Positions 18,563 through 28,580 of a stretch of 64,000 nt of DNA are shown here, one piece after another. The notes below the pieces were generated by a model. It was not told the origin of the DNA. It saw nothing but the letters and a program-made list of their open reading frames with translations, and did no database searches. A program made the position numbers and the translations under genes. The DNA is from an uncultured Gemmatimonadales bacterium (GTDB lineage: Bacteria > Gemmatimonadota > Gemmatimonadetes > Longimicrobiales > Gaopeijiaceae). Location of the stretch: contig CAWGKG010000004.1 of the NCBI GenBank assembly GCA_963823035.1, forward strand, positions 32,001-96,000, in the 5' to 3' direction. The first letter of the stretch is position 1; each line of letters begins with the position of its first letter.

Positions 18563-19087
18563 ATGCAAGCGATCCCGCTCCAGCAGCACGAGGTACGGCT
18601 TCCGCCGACGCCGAACCTGCTCCTCGAGGACGCCCTGAATACCGAAGCGCGCCTGCTGGACGACCTCGTGGACGTGCTCGTGAGTCAGCGCTCCGGGGTG
18701 GCCGGGGACGACCTCGCCGCCGTGGACGACTCCGTCTTCGCGGCGCAGCGCGTGCTGCTCACCCTCGGGGAGGCCCGTCGGAAGCGACGGACCCTGCTCA
18801 AGCTGGTGGCCGGATGCGAGGACATGCCCCTCGCCGACCTCGAGGACTCGCTCGGGCCGTCCCTCACGGAGGGCGTGCGCGACGCGGGCCGGAGGCTGCG
18901 GTCCTCGGCGAACGAACTGGCTGGAGAGCTGGAGCAGAACCGGAGGATCCTCCGCGGCGCCATCCGCACCGGCGACAAGCTCATCCGGGCGCTGTGCGGC
19001 GCCCCCCCCGCCGACGGCGGCTTGTACGGAGCGCCCGGGCGGTCGGCCGAGGCCGGCTGCACACTCCTCATCGACAAGCAGGTGTGA
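18563..19087 (+). CDS. flgN: Flagellar export chaperone FlgN
   Basis: Helical protein between flgJ and flgK, ending LLIDKQV. Confidence 0.75.
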   Translation: MQAIPLQQHEVRLPPTPNLLLEDALNTEARLLDDLVDVLVSQRSGVAGDDLAAVDDSVFAAQRVLLTLGEARRKRRTLLKLVAGCEDMPLADLEDSLGPSLTEGVRDAGRRLRSSANELAGELEQNRRILRGAIRTGDKLIRALCGAPPADGGLYGAPGRSAEAGCTLLIDKQV

Positions 19088-19091
19088 GACG

Positions 19092-20468
19092 ATGCCTACC
19101 ATCGGAAGCATCCTCGCAACCGCCGCCACGGCGCTCCGGACGCAGCAGTCCGCCCTCAACGTCACGGCACACAACATCGCAAACGCCGCCACCGACGGAT
19201 ACTCCCGTCAGCGGCCCGTGATCACCTCGAACACCGCGGTGCACACGCCCGACGGCGTCTTCGGCTCCGGCGTCAACATCGCGAACGTGCAGCAGGTGCG
19301 CGACGCCCTGCTCGACGCGAACTACCGGATGGAGGCGAGCGACGCCTCCGAGCAGGACACGCGAGCGCAGCTGCTCGGTCGCGTGGAGACGATGCTCACA
19401 GAGCCGTCGGAGCAGGGTCTCTCGGCCACCTTCGACCGGTTCCTCTCCGCCTGGAGCGACCTGGCCACTTCGCCCGGAAGCGCCACCAACCGCTCCGTGG
19501 TCCGCCAGCGGACGCTCGAGCTCACCGACAAGCTGCACGACCAGAACGCGAGCCTGGACCAGATCCGCCAGGAGGTCGAGTCCCGACTCGACGTGGGCGT
19601 CGGCCGCATCAACGCCCTCATCGACGAGGTCGCGCGTCTCAACAAGGAGATCGTGTCGGTGGAGGCCGGCGGTGCCACCGCCGGCGACCTGCGTGACGTG
19701 CGCGGTCGAGCACTCGACGAGCTGTCGTCGCTCATCCCGATCGACGTGAACCCGCGGGACAACGGCTCCGTGGGCGTGGCGACGTGCGGGTACAACATCG
19801 TCGACGGCGCCGCCGGCCTCACCCTGAAGGTGGGCTCGGTGGGCGGCACGATGGGGATCATGCTCCAGGGGCACGCGGGGCTGCTCAAGGAAACAGGCGG
19901 CGCGACGGGTGCGCTCCTCGACGTCCTGAACACCGACCTCCCTGCCGTGCGCCAGAGCCTGGACGACTTCGCCTCAGCGCTCGTGGACGCCGTGAACACC
20001 GTGCACGCGACCGGCACCGGCCCGGACGGGGGGGCCCCGGTGAACTTCTTCGATCCGGCGGGAACGACCGCCGCGACGATCGGCCTGTCCGCCGAGGTAG
20101 CCGCCTCCGCACGCGCCATCGCAGCGGGGACGCCGGACGGCTCGGGCAACTACCAGGCGGGTGCGAACGACGTCGCTCTGTCCATCTCCGCCCTGCGCGA
20201 CACCGCACTGGTCGCGCTGGGCACGACGCCCGGCGAGCACCTGCTGGGACTGGTGTCCTCCGTCGGGTTGGCGGTACGTTCCTCGGCAGACAAAGCAGAG
20301 GTCCATCGGACGCTGGCCGACCAGGCCGATGGGCGGCGCATGAGCCTCAGCGGCGTGTCGGTGGACGAGGAGCTGGTGCAGATGATCCAGTTCCAGTCCG
20401 CGTACCAGGCGGCGGCTCGGGTGGTCACGGCAGTGGACGAGATGCTGCAGTCGCTGCTGGCGATCTAG
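19092..20468 (+). CDS. flgK: Hook-associated protein FlgK
   Basis: AHNIANAATDGYSRQ; SGVSVDEELVQMIQFQSAYQAAARV. Confidence 0.96.
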   Translation: MPTIGSILATAATALRTQQSALNVTAHNIANAATDGYSRQRPVITSNTAVHTPDGVFGSGVNIANVQQVRDALLDANYRMEASDASEQDTRAQLLGRVETMLTEPSEQGLSATFDRFLSAWSDLATSPGSATNRSVVRQRTLELTDKLHDQNASLDQIRQEVESRLDVGVGRINALIDEVARLNKEIVSVEAGGATAGDLRDVRGRALDELSSLIPIDVNPRDNGSVGVATCGYNIVDGAAGLTLKVGSVGGTMGIMLQGHAGLLKETGGATGALLDVLNTDLPAVRQSLDDFASALVDAVNTVHATGTGPDGGAPVNFFDPAGTTAATIGLSAEVAASARAIAAGTPDGSGNYQAGANDVALSISALRDTALVALGTTPGEHLLGLVSSVGLAVRSSADKAEVHRTLADQADGRRMSLSGVSVDEELVQMIQFQSAYQAAARVVTAVDEMLQSLLAI

Positions 20469-20565
20469 GAGGCCAGTCCTCGGTAGACGACACGGAAGCG
20501 TCGGGCCGGCGCCTCGCTCCTGCTCCTGCTCCTCGAACCAAGAGTCGAGGTTCCGCCGAGTCCAC

Positions 20566-20817
20566 ATGCTGATCCTCAGCAGAAGACCCGGAGACGCCAT
20601 CCTCATCGATGGCGGCATCCGCATCGTGGTTCTCGCGTCCGACTCGGGCGGCGTGCGACTCGGCATCGATGCCCCGTCGTCCATCGGCATCGTCCGGGAG
20701 GAGGTGGTGCAGCGCATCGCCGAGGAGAACCGCAGGGCAGGGGCGACCCCGGAGGACCGCGAGTTCGTGGAAGGGCTGAAGCCCGAACCGAGCGGCGGGT
20801 CGGACGCCGGCTCCTGA
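20566..20817 (+). CDS. csrA: Carbon storage regulator CsrA
   Basis: MLILSRRPGDAILI..VRLGIDAP..IVREEV..IAEENRRA. Confidence 0.93.
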   Translation: MLILSRRPGDAILIDGGIRIVVLASDSGGVRLGIDAPSSIGIVREEVVQRIAEENRRAGATPEDREFVEGLKPEPSGGSDAGS

Positions 20818-20844
20818 GCGGGCGTCCGCGGGCGTACTAGGCCA

Positions 20845-21537
20845 CTAGCGGCCCGCCTCGCGGGCCGCGCCCATCGCCGGGACCCGGTAGACCACGGCGC
20901 CGGCCCCGCCCTCCTCGAGGGTCCCCCCGTCAGCCTCCGCGAGCAGTCGAAGCGGCTCCTCGGCGTCTCCCAGCAGCCCTCCAGCGTGCCCCGAGAGGAC
21001 GTCGGCGGGCCAGGCGAGGTCGAAGACGACACTTCCGCGCGACGCGCCCACGCGGAGGGAGATCGCCGCCGCTCCCCCCTCTCGGGCGGCCTCCGCGACG
21101 CGTGCCAGGAGGATGAGGAGCACGCGCAGAAGGCGCGCGGGATTCGCCCGGAAGGGCGGTAGCTCCGCGGCGAGCTGCGCCTCCACCTCGACGTCGCCGA
21201 GCCCCCGATGCCGTCGGTGCGCCGCCAGGGCGCGGTCGATCGCGTCCCGCGGAAGGAGCGGCTCCGCGACGCCCTCCACGTCACCGTAGAACGAGCGCAT
21301 GATCTCCACGGTGGCCAGCAGGCGTCGGACCTCGGCATCCAGGTAGTCGATCATGGGCGTCTCCCGTGGACCGTCCTCGCGCAGGAGGTGGAGGAGCCCG
21401 TCCAGGCTCGAAGCCCGGCCGTTCAGGTCGTGGCAGAGGCCTTCGTGGATCTCGTTGAGCACTCGGAGCCATCCGGCCCGTGCGAGAAGGACGGCGTGGG
21501 TGGCCGAATCGCGAGGACCTGCACGGTGTTCGCTCAC
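20845..21537 (-). CDS. ChpT-like histidine phosphotransferase / pseudo-histidine kinase
   Basis: H-box GLCHDLNGR followed by a degenerate HATPase-like region lacking N and G boxes; no sensor domain; GTG start with GGAG RBS. Confidence 0.6.
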   Translation of the reverse strand: MSEHRAGPRDSATHAVLLARAGWLRVLNEIHEGLCHDLNGRASSLDGLLHLLREDGPRETPMIDYLDAEVRRLLATVEIMRSFYGDVEGVAEPLLPRDAIDRALAAHRRHRGLGDVEVEAQLAAELPPFRANPARLLRVLLILLARVAEAAREGGAAAISLRVGASRGSVVFDLAWPADVLSGHAGGLLGDAEEPLRLLAEADGGTLEEGGAGAVVYRVPAMGAAREAGR

Positions 21538-21659
21538 TCGGACTCCAGAAATGGGTCGGGGATGCCGAGACTCAAGATCGCGGAAGGAGTCCGCAATCGC
21601 GGTCCACGGGCGCAATCTACACGCCCGTACCAGGCAAGGAAGCCAAGAGAGGCCGAGCC

Positions 21660-22526
21660 GTGTTCCTCATCATCGGGCTCGCCGTTGTCTTCGGCAGCAT
21701 CGTCGTCGGTTACACGATGCACGGAGGACAGCTGGCGGTTCTCATCCAGGTCAACGAGCTGATCATCATCGGTGGTGCCGGTCTGGGCGCCATCGTGATC
21801 GGAAACAGCCCGTCGACGGTGAAGGACATCGCGATCCAGACGCTGGCCCTCCTCAAGCCCAACCCCTTCAACCGCACGACGTTCACCGAGCTCCTCCAGG
21901 TGCTCTACGACGTCTTCTACGCCGCCCGAAAGGACGGTCTGGTCGGCATCGAGTCCCACGTCGAGAACCCCGAGGAGAGCGAGCTCTTCGCAAAGTACGC
22001 GAGCTTCCACAACAACCACCACGCCGTCGCCTTCCTGGCCGACACCATGAAGGTGCTCCTGACGGGGGCCGTGGACGACCACCACCTCTCCGAGATCCTC
22101 GAGCTGGATCTCGAGCAGCAGCACAACGAGGCGATGGCGATCCCCCTCGCGCTGCAGACGCTCTCCGACGCCATGCCCGGATTCGGGATCGTGGCGGCGG
22201 TGCTCGGCGTGATCAACACGATGGGCAAGATCGGCGGTGCGCCCGAAGTCGTCGGTGAGAGCGTCGCGGCCGCCCTGGTCGGCACGTTCCTCGGCGTGCT
22301 CCTCGCGTACGGCGTCATCGGTCCGATCGCCGCGGCGATCCAGAGCCGGGTCGCGGCGGAGGAGCGCTACATGGCGACCATCCGCACGGCCCTCCTCTCG
22401 TTCTCGCGCGGCGACCCCCCGATCACGTCGGTGGAATTCGCGCGGCGCAACATCGAGCCGGGCGTCCGTCCCTCCTTCGGCGAGCTGGAAGAGATGACCC
22501 GCCGCCGCGGAAGGAGCGAGTCATGA
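21660..22526 (+). CDS. motA: Flagellar stator MotA
   Basis: ARKDGLVGIE, MPGFGIVAAVLGVI, ALVGTFLGVLLAYG. Confidence 0.96.
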   Translation: MFLIIGLAVVFGSIVVGYTMHGGQLAVLIQVNELIIIGGAGLGAIVIGNSPSTVKDIAIQTLALLKPNPFNRTTFTELLQVLYDVFYAARKDGLVGIESHVENPEESELFAKYASFHNNHHAVAFLADTMKVLLTGAVDDHHLSEILELDLEQQHNEAMAIPLALQTLSDAMPGFGIVAAVLGVINTMGKIGGAPEVVGESVAAALVGTFLGVLLAYGVIGPIAAAIQSRVAAEERYMATIRTALLSFSRGDPPITSVEFARRNIEPGVRPSFGELEEMTRRRGRSES

Positions 22527-23389
22527 CCGGCCGACCCGGAACCGACGATCGCAAGAAGGTGATCATCGTCAAGAAGAAGAAGGCGGCGCACGGCGGCCAC
22601 CACGGAGGCTCGTGGAAGGTCGCGTACGCCGACTTCGTGACCGCGATGATGGCCTTCTTCCTCGTGATGTGGATCATGACGATGGACCAGGGCGTCAAGG
22701 ACCTGGTCCAGGGCTACTTCCAGAACCCGGTCGGCTTCAAGCATGCGTTCTCGGGAGGCGCCAACCCGCTCTCCTCCGGGAACTTCGTCAAGAACATGGA
22801 CATCAAGCGCACGGTCATCCTCAACCGGCGCAAGCAGGAGGAGCGCTTCAAGTCCGCGGCCGGCGAAATCCTCGAACGCATCGACCAGCAGGGCATCATG
22901 GAGGGGCTCGACGCCGCCGTGGAGGTCGTGGTCACGGACCAGGGGCTGCGGATCGAGCTGATGGAAACCGGGCGCGGAGAGGTCTTCTTCGACAAGGCGT
23001 CGTCCCTGCTCAAGCCCGCCCTCCAGGACGTGCTCGGCGTGGTCGGGAGCGTCCTCAATGGGGTGCCCGGCGAGATCGTCGTGGAGGGTCATACGGACGC
23101 CCTCCGCTATGGGGGCCTGAAATACTCCAACTGGGAGCTGTCCGTCGACCGCGCCAACGCCGCCCGTCGCGCCATGGAGGTCGGCGGACTCGAGGATGGC
23201 CGGATCACCGAAGTCAGGGGCTACGCCGATCGGCAGCTGAAGATCGGCGACGCTCCGCTCGACCCACGCAACCGACGCATCTCCGTGCTCCTTCCGTTCG
23301 AAGAGATGTCACTGGAAACCCTGCACCTGCCCGAAACAGGTCTCGACGCTGCCCTGAGTGCGATGGGCAGCTCGGGCGCCGGAGGCTGA
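22523..23389 (+). CDS. motB: Flagellar stator MotB
   Basis: HHGGSWKVAYADFVTAMMAFF; OmpA-like EGHTD..NWELSVDRA..NRRI. Confidence 0.96.
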   Translation: MTGRPGTDDRKKVIIVKKKKAAHGGHHGGSWKVAYADFVTAMMAFFLVMWIMTMDQGVKDLVQGYFQNPVGFKHAFSGGANPLSSGNFVKNMDIKRTVILNRRKQEERFKSAAGEILERIDQQGIMEGLDAAVEVVVTDQGLRIELMETGRGEVFFDKASSLLKPALQDVLGVVGSVLNGVPGEIVVEGHTDALRYGGLKYSNWELSVDRANAARRAMEVGGLEDGRITEVRGYADRQLKIGDAPLDPRNRRISVLLPFEEMSLETLHLPETGLDAALSAMGSSGAGG

Positions 23390-23390
23390 C

Positions 23391-25279
23391 ATGCCCACGC
23401 ACCGGAGAGTGTCCCATCTGTTCGGCGCCGCGGCCGAGGCCGCCGCCGCCGCGTCCCGATCCTTCGGCACCGGCCCCGCCTCGGCGGTGGTGTTCTGGGG
23501 CAGTTCCCCGGAAGTCGAGGTGGTGCACCAGACGGGGATGCCCGACGACGTCTGTCGGGCGCTGGCGCGCCGCGGGCGGACGTCACCTGGCCGAGGCCGC
23601 GCGGCGACATGGGCGTCCCGTGCGCGTGAAGACATCGGACCTGTCGGCGGAGTCGGAAGCGCTGGCCGCCTCGCTGCGAGGCCACGACGTGTCCACGCTG
23701 GTGGTCCTTCCCCTCCACGGGGAGAGCGGGGTGATCGGGTGCCTGGTGATTCCGGAGACGGAGGACGCGCCGACGTTCCCGGTCGACGAGAGGTGGCGCG
23801 AAGCCAGCATGATCCTCGGCGCCTTGCAGGTGGCGGCGGGTGCCGCAGCCCTGCGCCTGGCGCTCGGCGAGGAGGACGGCTGTCCGCCGACGCTCTTCGA
23901 CGGCGTCGTGGTGGTGGACCGATGGGAGCGCGTGCTGTTCGCGGACGGCGTGGTTCTCGGCAATCCGGGGTGGGAAGGACCCGACCCGTTCGGTCGGTCT
24001 CTGGACCAGCTTCCCGGCGGCACGCTGCTGTCGACGTTGAAGACCGGCGCGCCGGGCGCGCTCGTGTGGGCGCAGCACCTCTTCCCGCCCGTCGAGGGTC
24101 GGGGTATCCCGGTCGAGATGGCGTCCGTTCCGGCGGGTCTCGAGGAGGGAGGCGACTCCGGGGTCCGTATCGTCCTGGTGAGGGATCTGCGTGCGGACAA
24201 CGACTCCCGCGCAGATCCTTCGTCGCGCATGGTGGCGCTCGCCCTCCGGCTCGCGCACGCCGCGGCGGAGGTGGCGGCCGTGTTGCCGGCCGAGCCCGGG
24301 GATGGTGAGGAATCGGTGATCCCCCCAGCGTTCCTCGACGCGGTGCGCAGGGTGCCCGCGCTCGGTCGTGCCGTGCTCGAGCGCGTTCTCGGTCGGGAGG
24401 GCGTGCGCCGCTGCAACCTGAACCAGGCGACCTCGGAGGTGCTCGACCGCGTGCGTGACGAGTTGGAGGTCGCGCGCGTGTCCGTGTTCAGCTTCCTCAG
24501 ACCCGGCCTGGGGACCGTACCGGCGGACGCGCTGGAGCTGCGGCACGTGGTGCGCACGCTGGTGGCGAAGGCCCGGAGGTCCCTGAGGGCATCCGGGGGC
24601 ACGTTGACGGCGCGCACCTGGTCGGAGGAAGGGTTCGCGTGCCTGGCCATCTCCGACGACGGTGCGGGCGTGGGGCTCAGCAAGGCCGCTGCGGCCGCGA
24701 GCTTCCAGCCGCTGTTCGCCGACGAGCAGGATGGCCTGGATTCCGAGCTCGACGCCTTGAAGGCCACCGTCGACGGCTGGGGTGGGCGCTTCCTCGTGGA
24801 GCAGCGCCCCGGCGTATGGAACCGCTACACGCTCATGCTGCGCGAGGCGTACGACGACGACGCAGCCGATCGTCCGGCCCGCGAGGGCGCGCAAGACCGC
24901 GGACGCGAAGAACGGGAAGGGACTGCATGTCCTGGTGGTGGACGACAACGCGGCGCTGCGTAGCGTCGTGAAGCGCTTCCTGGAGCGGCGTGGCCACGAA
25001 GTGACCGAGGCGGTCGATGGGGAGGAGGCGCTCGGCCTCTGCGGCGGGCGGGAGTTCGACCGGCTGATCGTGGACGTGTGCATGCCCAACAAGACCGGTC
25101 CGGAGTTCTATCAGGGCCTCGAGGCCGTGGCGCCCGCCCTCCGCCCGCGGACGTTCTTCATGACCGGCGGGGGGCTCGAAGAGCACGACGAGCGCTTCGT
25201 GCTGGAGTGCGGACGGCCCTCGATCATGAAGCCCTTCGACCTCTCGGAGCTGGCGAAGACCGTGGAGGCGGCGGTCTAG
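23391..25279 (+). CDS. Degenerate hybrid sensor kinase (GAF/PAS-like, HATPase-like, receiver); apparent frameshifts near 23580 and 24880
   Basis: Degenerate H-box (LRLAHAAAE), ISDDGAG, terminal receiver VLVVDDN..DVCMP..KPF. Confidence 0.65.
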
Positions 25280-25512
25280 GAGCCTTCCGAGTAGGACAAC
25301 AGGCCGCCCACAACCATATGGGTGACACGAACATAGACGGCTGTGGGTTGGGGCGGCACGGCCCCGACGACGCTTCGCGTTGTTCCTCGTCGTTGGTGCC
25401 CTCGACGTAGCTAAGGCTACGCCTTCGGAGCGCGCCTGGATGTGGGGCAGTGGCGCTGCGGGGGACCTGCGCGCAGCGCGGGTCGCGGCCTATGGTGTAC
25501 TCGGACAGGCTC
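25280..25512. mobile_element. Putative MITE (non-autonomous IS derivative), 233 bp
   Basis: Terminal inverted repeats GAGCCT-TCCGAGTA / TACTCGGACAGGCTC, flanked by CTAG on both sides (25276-79, 25513-16); internal hairpins such as CGTAGC-TAAG-GCTACG. Confidence 0.75.
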
Positions 25513-25530
25513 CTAGACTAGCCTCCGGCC

Positions 25531-25923
25531 TCAGGCGTGCCCGTTCTCCAACAGCGAGACGACCGCGGGAAAGGGGAACGGCTTCTGGAGCCAATGGACC
25601 GCTTCGTCCACGTCCTCGTTGTCACCGATGGCGCCCCCCGTCATCAGGACGACCGTGCCCGCATACTGCCGACTCCGGAGCCGACCCAGCACGGCCCGAC
25701 CTCCTCCACCCGGCATGCGATCGTCGACCATGACCGCGTCGAAGTCGCGGCCCTCCAGGAGTTCCATGGCGCCGGAGGCGTCCGGGGCGGTGACGACCTC
25801 GTGGCCACGCCGCTCGAGCACGCGCTGGATGGCGCGCAGGATCATCGGCTCGTCGTCGGCGACGAGCACGCTGAGACGGCGGGCGGGAGCGCCGTCGGAG
25901 GGCGTGGCGGGATCGGACTGCAT
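25531..25923 (-). CDS. Single-domain response regulator
   Basis: VLVADDE..DDRMP..MTG..KPF receiver motifs. Confidence 0.88.
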   Translation of the reverse strand: MQSDPATPSDGAPARRLSVLVADDEPMILRAIQRVLERRGHEVVTAPDASGAMELLEGRDFDAVMVDDRMPGGGGRAVLGRLRSRQYAGTVVLMTGGAIGDNEDVDEAVHWLQKPFPFPAVVSLLENGHA

Positions 25924-25985
25924 GGGAGGACCCTCCCGGGGGTAGGAAGGACGACGGATGGTCGCAGTACTCGGGGGATTTGAAC

Positions 25986-28324
25986 TTAGGATGGAACGCG
26001 AGGCCGAGGAAGCCTCGTTGTAGGTGCCCCTCCCGGCTGTTCAGGGGGTCGGCTTGCCACCCAGAACTGGTACATGCTCGCGAAGGTGTCCGGGTTCTCG
26101 GGCTCGAAGTGATGCCAGGCGTCGAGGCTCCGGTAGTCGCAGGCTCGGGAAACCGCGCGGAAGGCCTGGGCCACCGATCCGGTCAGGCTGTCCACCCGAC
26201 GAATTCCGGCCCAGGGTATCCAGAGCCTCGGCGATCTGCGGCAGCGTGAAGCGGTGCTCCTGCACATGGAGCAGCAGGTCGCGACACTCGTGCATGTTGA
26301 GAAAGTCGCGCCACCGCGCGGGGGATTCCTCCGGCGCGTCGGCGAAGTGGGCCGCGATCTGCGGGCGCGCACGACGGATGTCCTCGGCCGTGGCGGCCCA
26401 ACCCTGCTCGGCGATGTATGCCCTGGCCTCCACCACGGAGCGGCGAGCCACCTCGCTGTAGAGCCCGATCTTCATGAAGCCGCCCGGGGCGAGCAGTCGG
26501 GTCAGCACCGACCACCCGGCCATGGGGTCTTCCATGTGGTGGAGGACGCCCGCGCACTCGATGACGTCGAAGGGCTCGGTCCAGGCGCCGAGCGCGAGGA
26601 TGTCGGCCTGGACGACCGAGACGTCCTCGAAGCCGAGCTCGGCGGCCTTGCGCACGGCGTACGCCAGGCTCGAGCGGCTCAGGTCCACGCCGTTGACACG
26701 CGCGCCCTGGAAGCGGCCCGCAACGTTCAGGAGGTGCTGGCCGGTCCCGCAGCCGGCCACCAGGATCCGCGGTCGGGATACCTGGGCGAGGCGCTCCGTC
26801 CGGGCCCAGGGAAACTGACTCCGTAGCGCCTCCGCGGCGGGCACGGGCTCGTGCGCGTAGAGGCTCAACCAGCGCGGATACGGGTGCTCCTCGTACATGT
26901 CCCGCACCTCCGCGGACACCTGCGTGGCCAGCTCGCCGAAGGTGGGGATGAGCTCCTTCAGGCCCTCCTCCTGCAAACCCTCGCGGATCTGTTGGCGTAC
27001 CAGCTCCCTCAGAAGCACTTCGTCGTCGGCGTCGGACCAGGCCAGGACCTCGCTCGCCCGCTCCCACTGCAGGAGCGGCACGTAGCTCCCGAGGATCGCC
27101 ACCTTGAGACGGTCCCCGACGGATCGGTCCCGAGGCGACGTCCCGCCATCGTCGGCACGAGTCCCTCCACCTCGGCGGTCTCGCCGTCGTCCCCACGGCC
27201 ACACGTAGCCGTTGTGGAAGCACTGTCGCGCGATGCTGAACGCGGCGTCCTGCGTTCCCGAAGGAAGGTGGGCGGCCGCGGTGGGCCGGGCGTGCGCGAG
27301 CGCGAGGTGTCGACGCGCGCGCGTGAAGAGCAGCTCCCACGACGCGTCGGGTACCACGGTCTTCTCCAGGAGGAGCGCGATGGCGGGGTGGGCCAGCCTC
27401 GCCCAGCTCTCGTCCTGCTTCAGCAGCGCGTCCACGGCCTCTTCTCCCCGGTCGGCGGCTTCCCGCCAGGAGGGGGCCCGTCTGCGCATGGGCGCGCAGG
27501 ATGGAGAGGCTCACCCGCGCGAGCCGGCGGTGGTCGACGCCGTCGCGGCGCAGGCAGGCCAGCAAGACGGGCATGAGGTGCTCGGCGGTCTCCGCGTCGC
27601 GCGCGCCGACGGACTTGAACGTCTCCGTGAACGTCGTCCAGCGGCCGGGATTGTCCGGGTCCGCCTGCACCTGCTGCCAGAGCACGTCGAGCGTCTCCTT
27701 GACCAGGTCGGGGTTGGTTGCACCCTCCCTCGCCACGATCGCCGCGAGGTTGGTCGCCGCGAGCGCGCGCTCGCCGTCCCCTGCAGCATCCGCGGCGTTG
27801 CGGAAGGCGGCTCCGGCCCCGGCGAGGTCCCCGGATCGCTCCAAAGCAACACCCAGGTCGTTCCAGACCACGGCGTCCTCGGGCGCCAGCTCGACCGCTT
27901 TGCGGCAGCAGGCGGTCGCCTCGTCCCAGCATCGGCCCAGCGACCGAAGGGCACCGCCCCGCGCGCTCCAGCGCGGACCCGCGCCCGCGGATCCGCCGCC
28001 ACGGCACGCGCGTGCGTGACCTCCGCGTCCTCGAGTCGCTCCGCCTTCTCGTACGCGACGCCGAGGTTGTAGAGGAACGTCGCGTTCCGCGGGTGCAGCT
28101 CGACCGCGCGCGTGAGCGCGTGGATGCCCTCTTCGGCGGCGCCCGATTGCACCAGCGCAACGCCGAGGAGTGCCGTGGCTTCGGCGTGGCGCGGTTCCCG
28201 TGCGAGGAGGCTCTTGTAGGCGGCCTTGGCCTCTTCGAGGCGGTGGCCGCGATGGAGGGCGAGGGCGTCGTCGAGGGTGGCGGAACTGCTGGAGTCGTCC
28301 AGGTCGAGAGGGGATGGAGGACAA
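25986..28324 (-). CDS. TPR-repeat class I SAM-dependent methyltransferase (several apparent frameshifts)
   Basis: TPRs (FLYNLGVAY, VWNDLGVAL); MYEEHPYPRW, ILVAGCGTG motif I, FDVIECAGVLHH, ECRDLLLHVQEH, FASMYQFW. Confidence 0.8.
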
Positions 28325-28452
28325 GCTGGCCTTCCTCTTTATGTGTGAGCCGAAACGATACGCCGAGTATCGGTCGCTGAGGGCTGGATCTTGAGTCGGA
28401 ACACCCCGACGGAGGTCTCCGCTCCACGCGCTCCCGAGTTTTTTCCCGACCG

Positions 28453-28482
28453 CGCTAAAGTCCGCTTTCCTTTTTCCGATAC
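28453..28482 (+). promoter_or_regulatory. sigma28 promoter of flagellin
   Basis: TAAA-N15-TCCGATAC; -35 lies within CGCTAAAGTCCG. Confidence 0.85.
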
Positions 28483-28532
28483 TCTCTTCAGCGGCCGGAA
28501 ATGGGCCGGCCAACAAACGGGGCCCCGGCCCC

Positions 28533-28573
28533 ACGGAGCAAGGACGCTCCGTTTTCAATCTCAATGGAAGGAG
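28533..28573 (+). promoter_or_regulatory. CsrA-binding sites in the flagellin 5' leader
   Basis: Perfect 7-bp stem ACGGAGC/GCTCCGT with AAGGAC loop; further ATGGA/AAGGAG motifs over the RBS. Confidence 0.7.
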
Positions 28574-28580
28574 AACCCCC

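Noticed and set aside
20516..20533. (GCTCCT)3 tandem repeat
   Set aside because: Too short to be meaningful; no evidence of function.
21544..21598. Weak sigma28-like site and imperfect palindrome upstream of motA
   Set aside because: Poor match to the 12-mer, and the palindrome spacing differs from the sigma54 activator motif; insufficient support.
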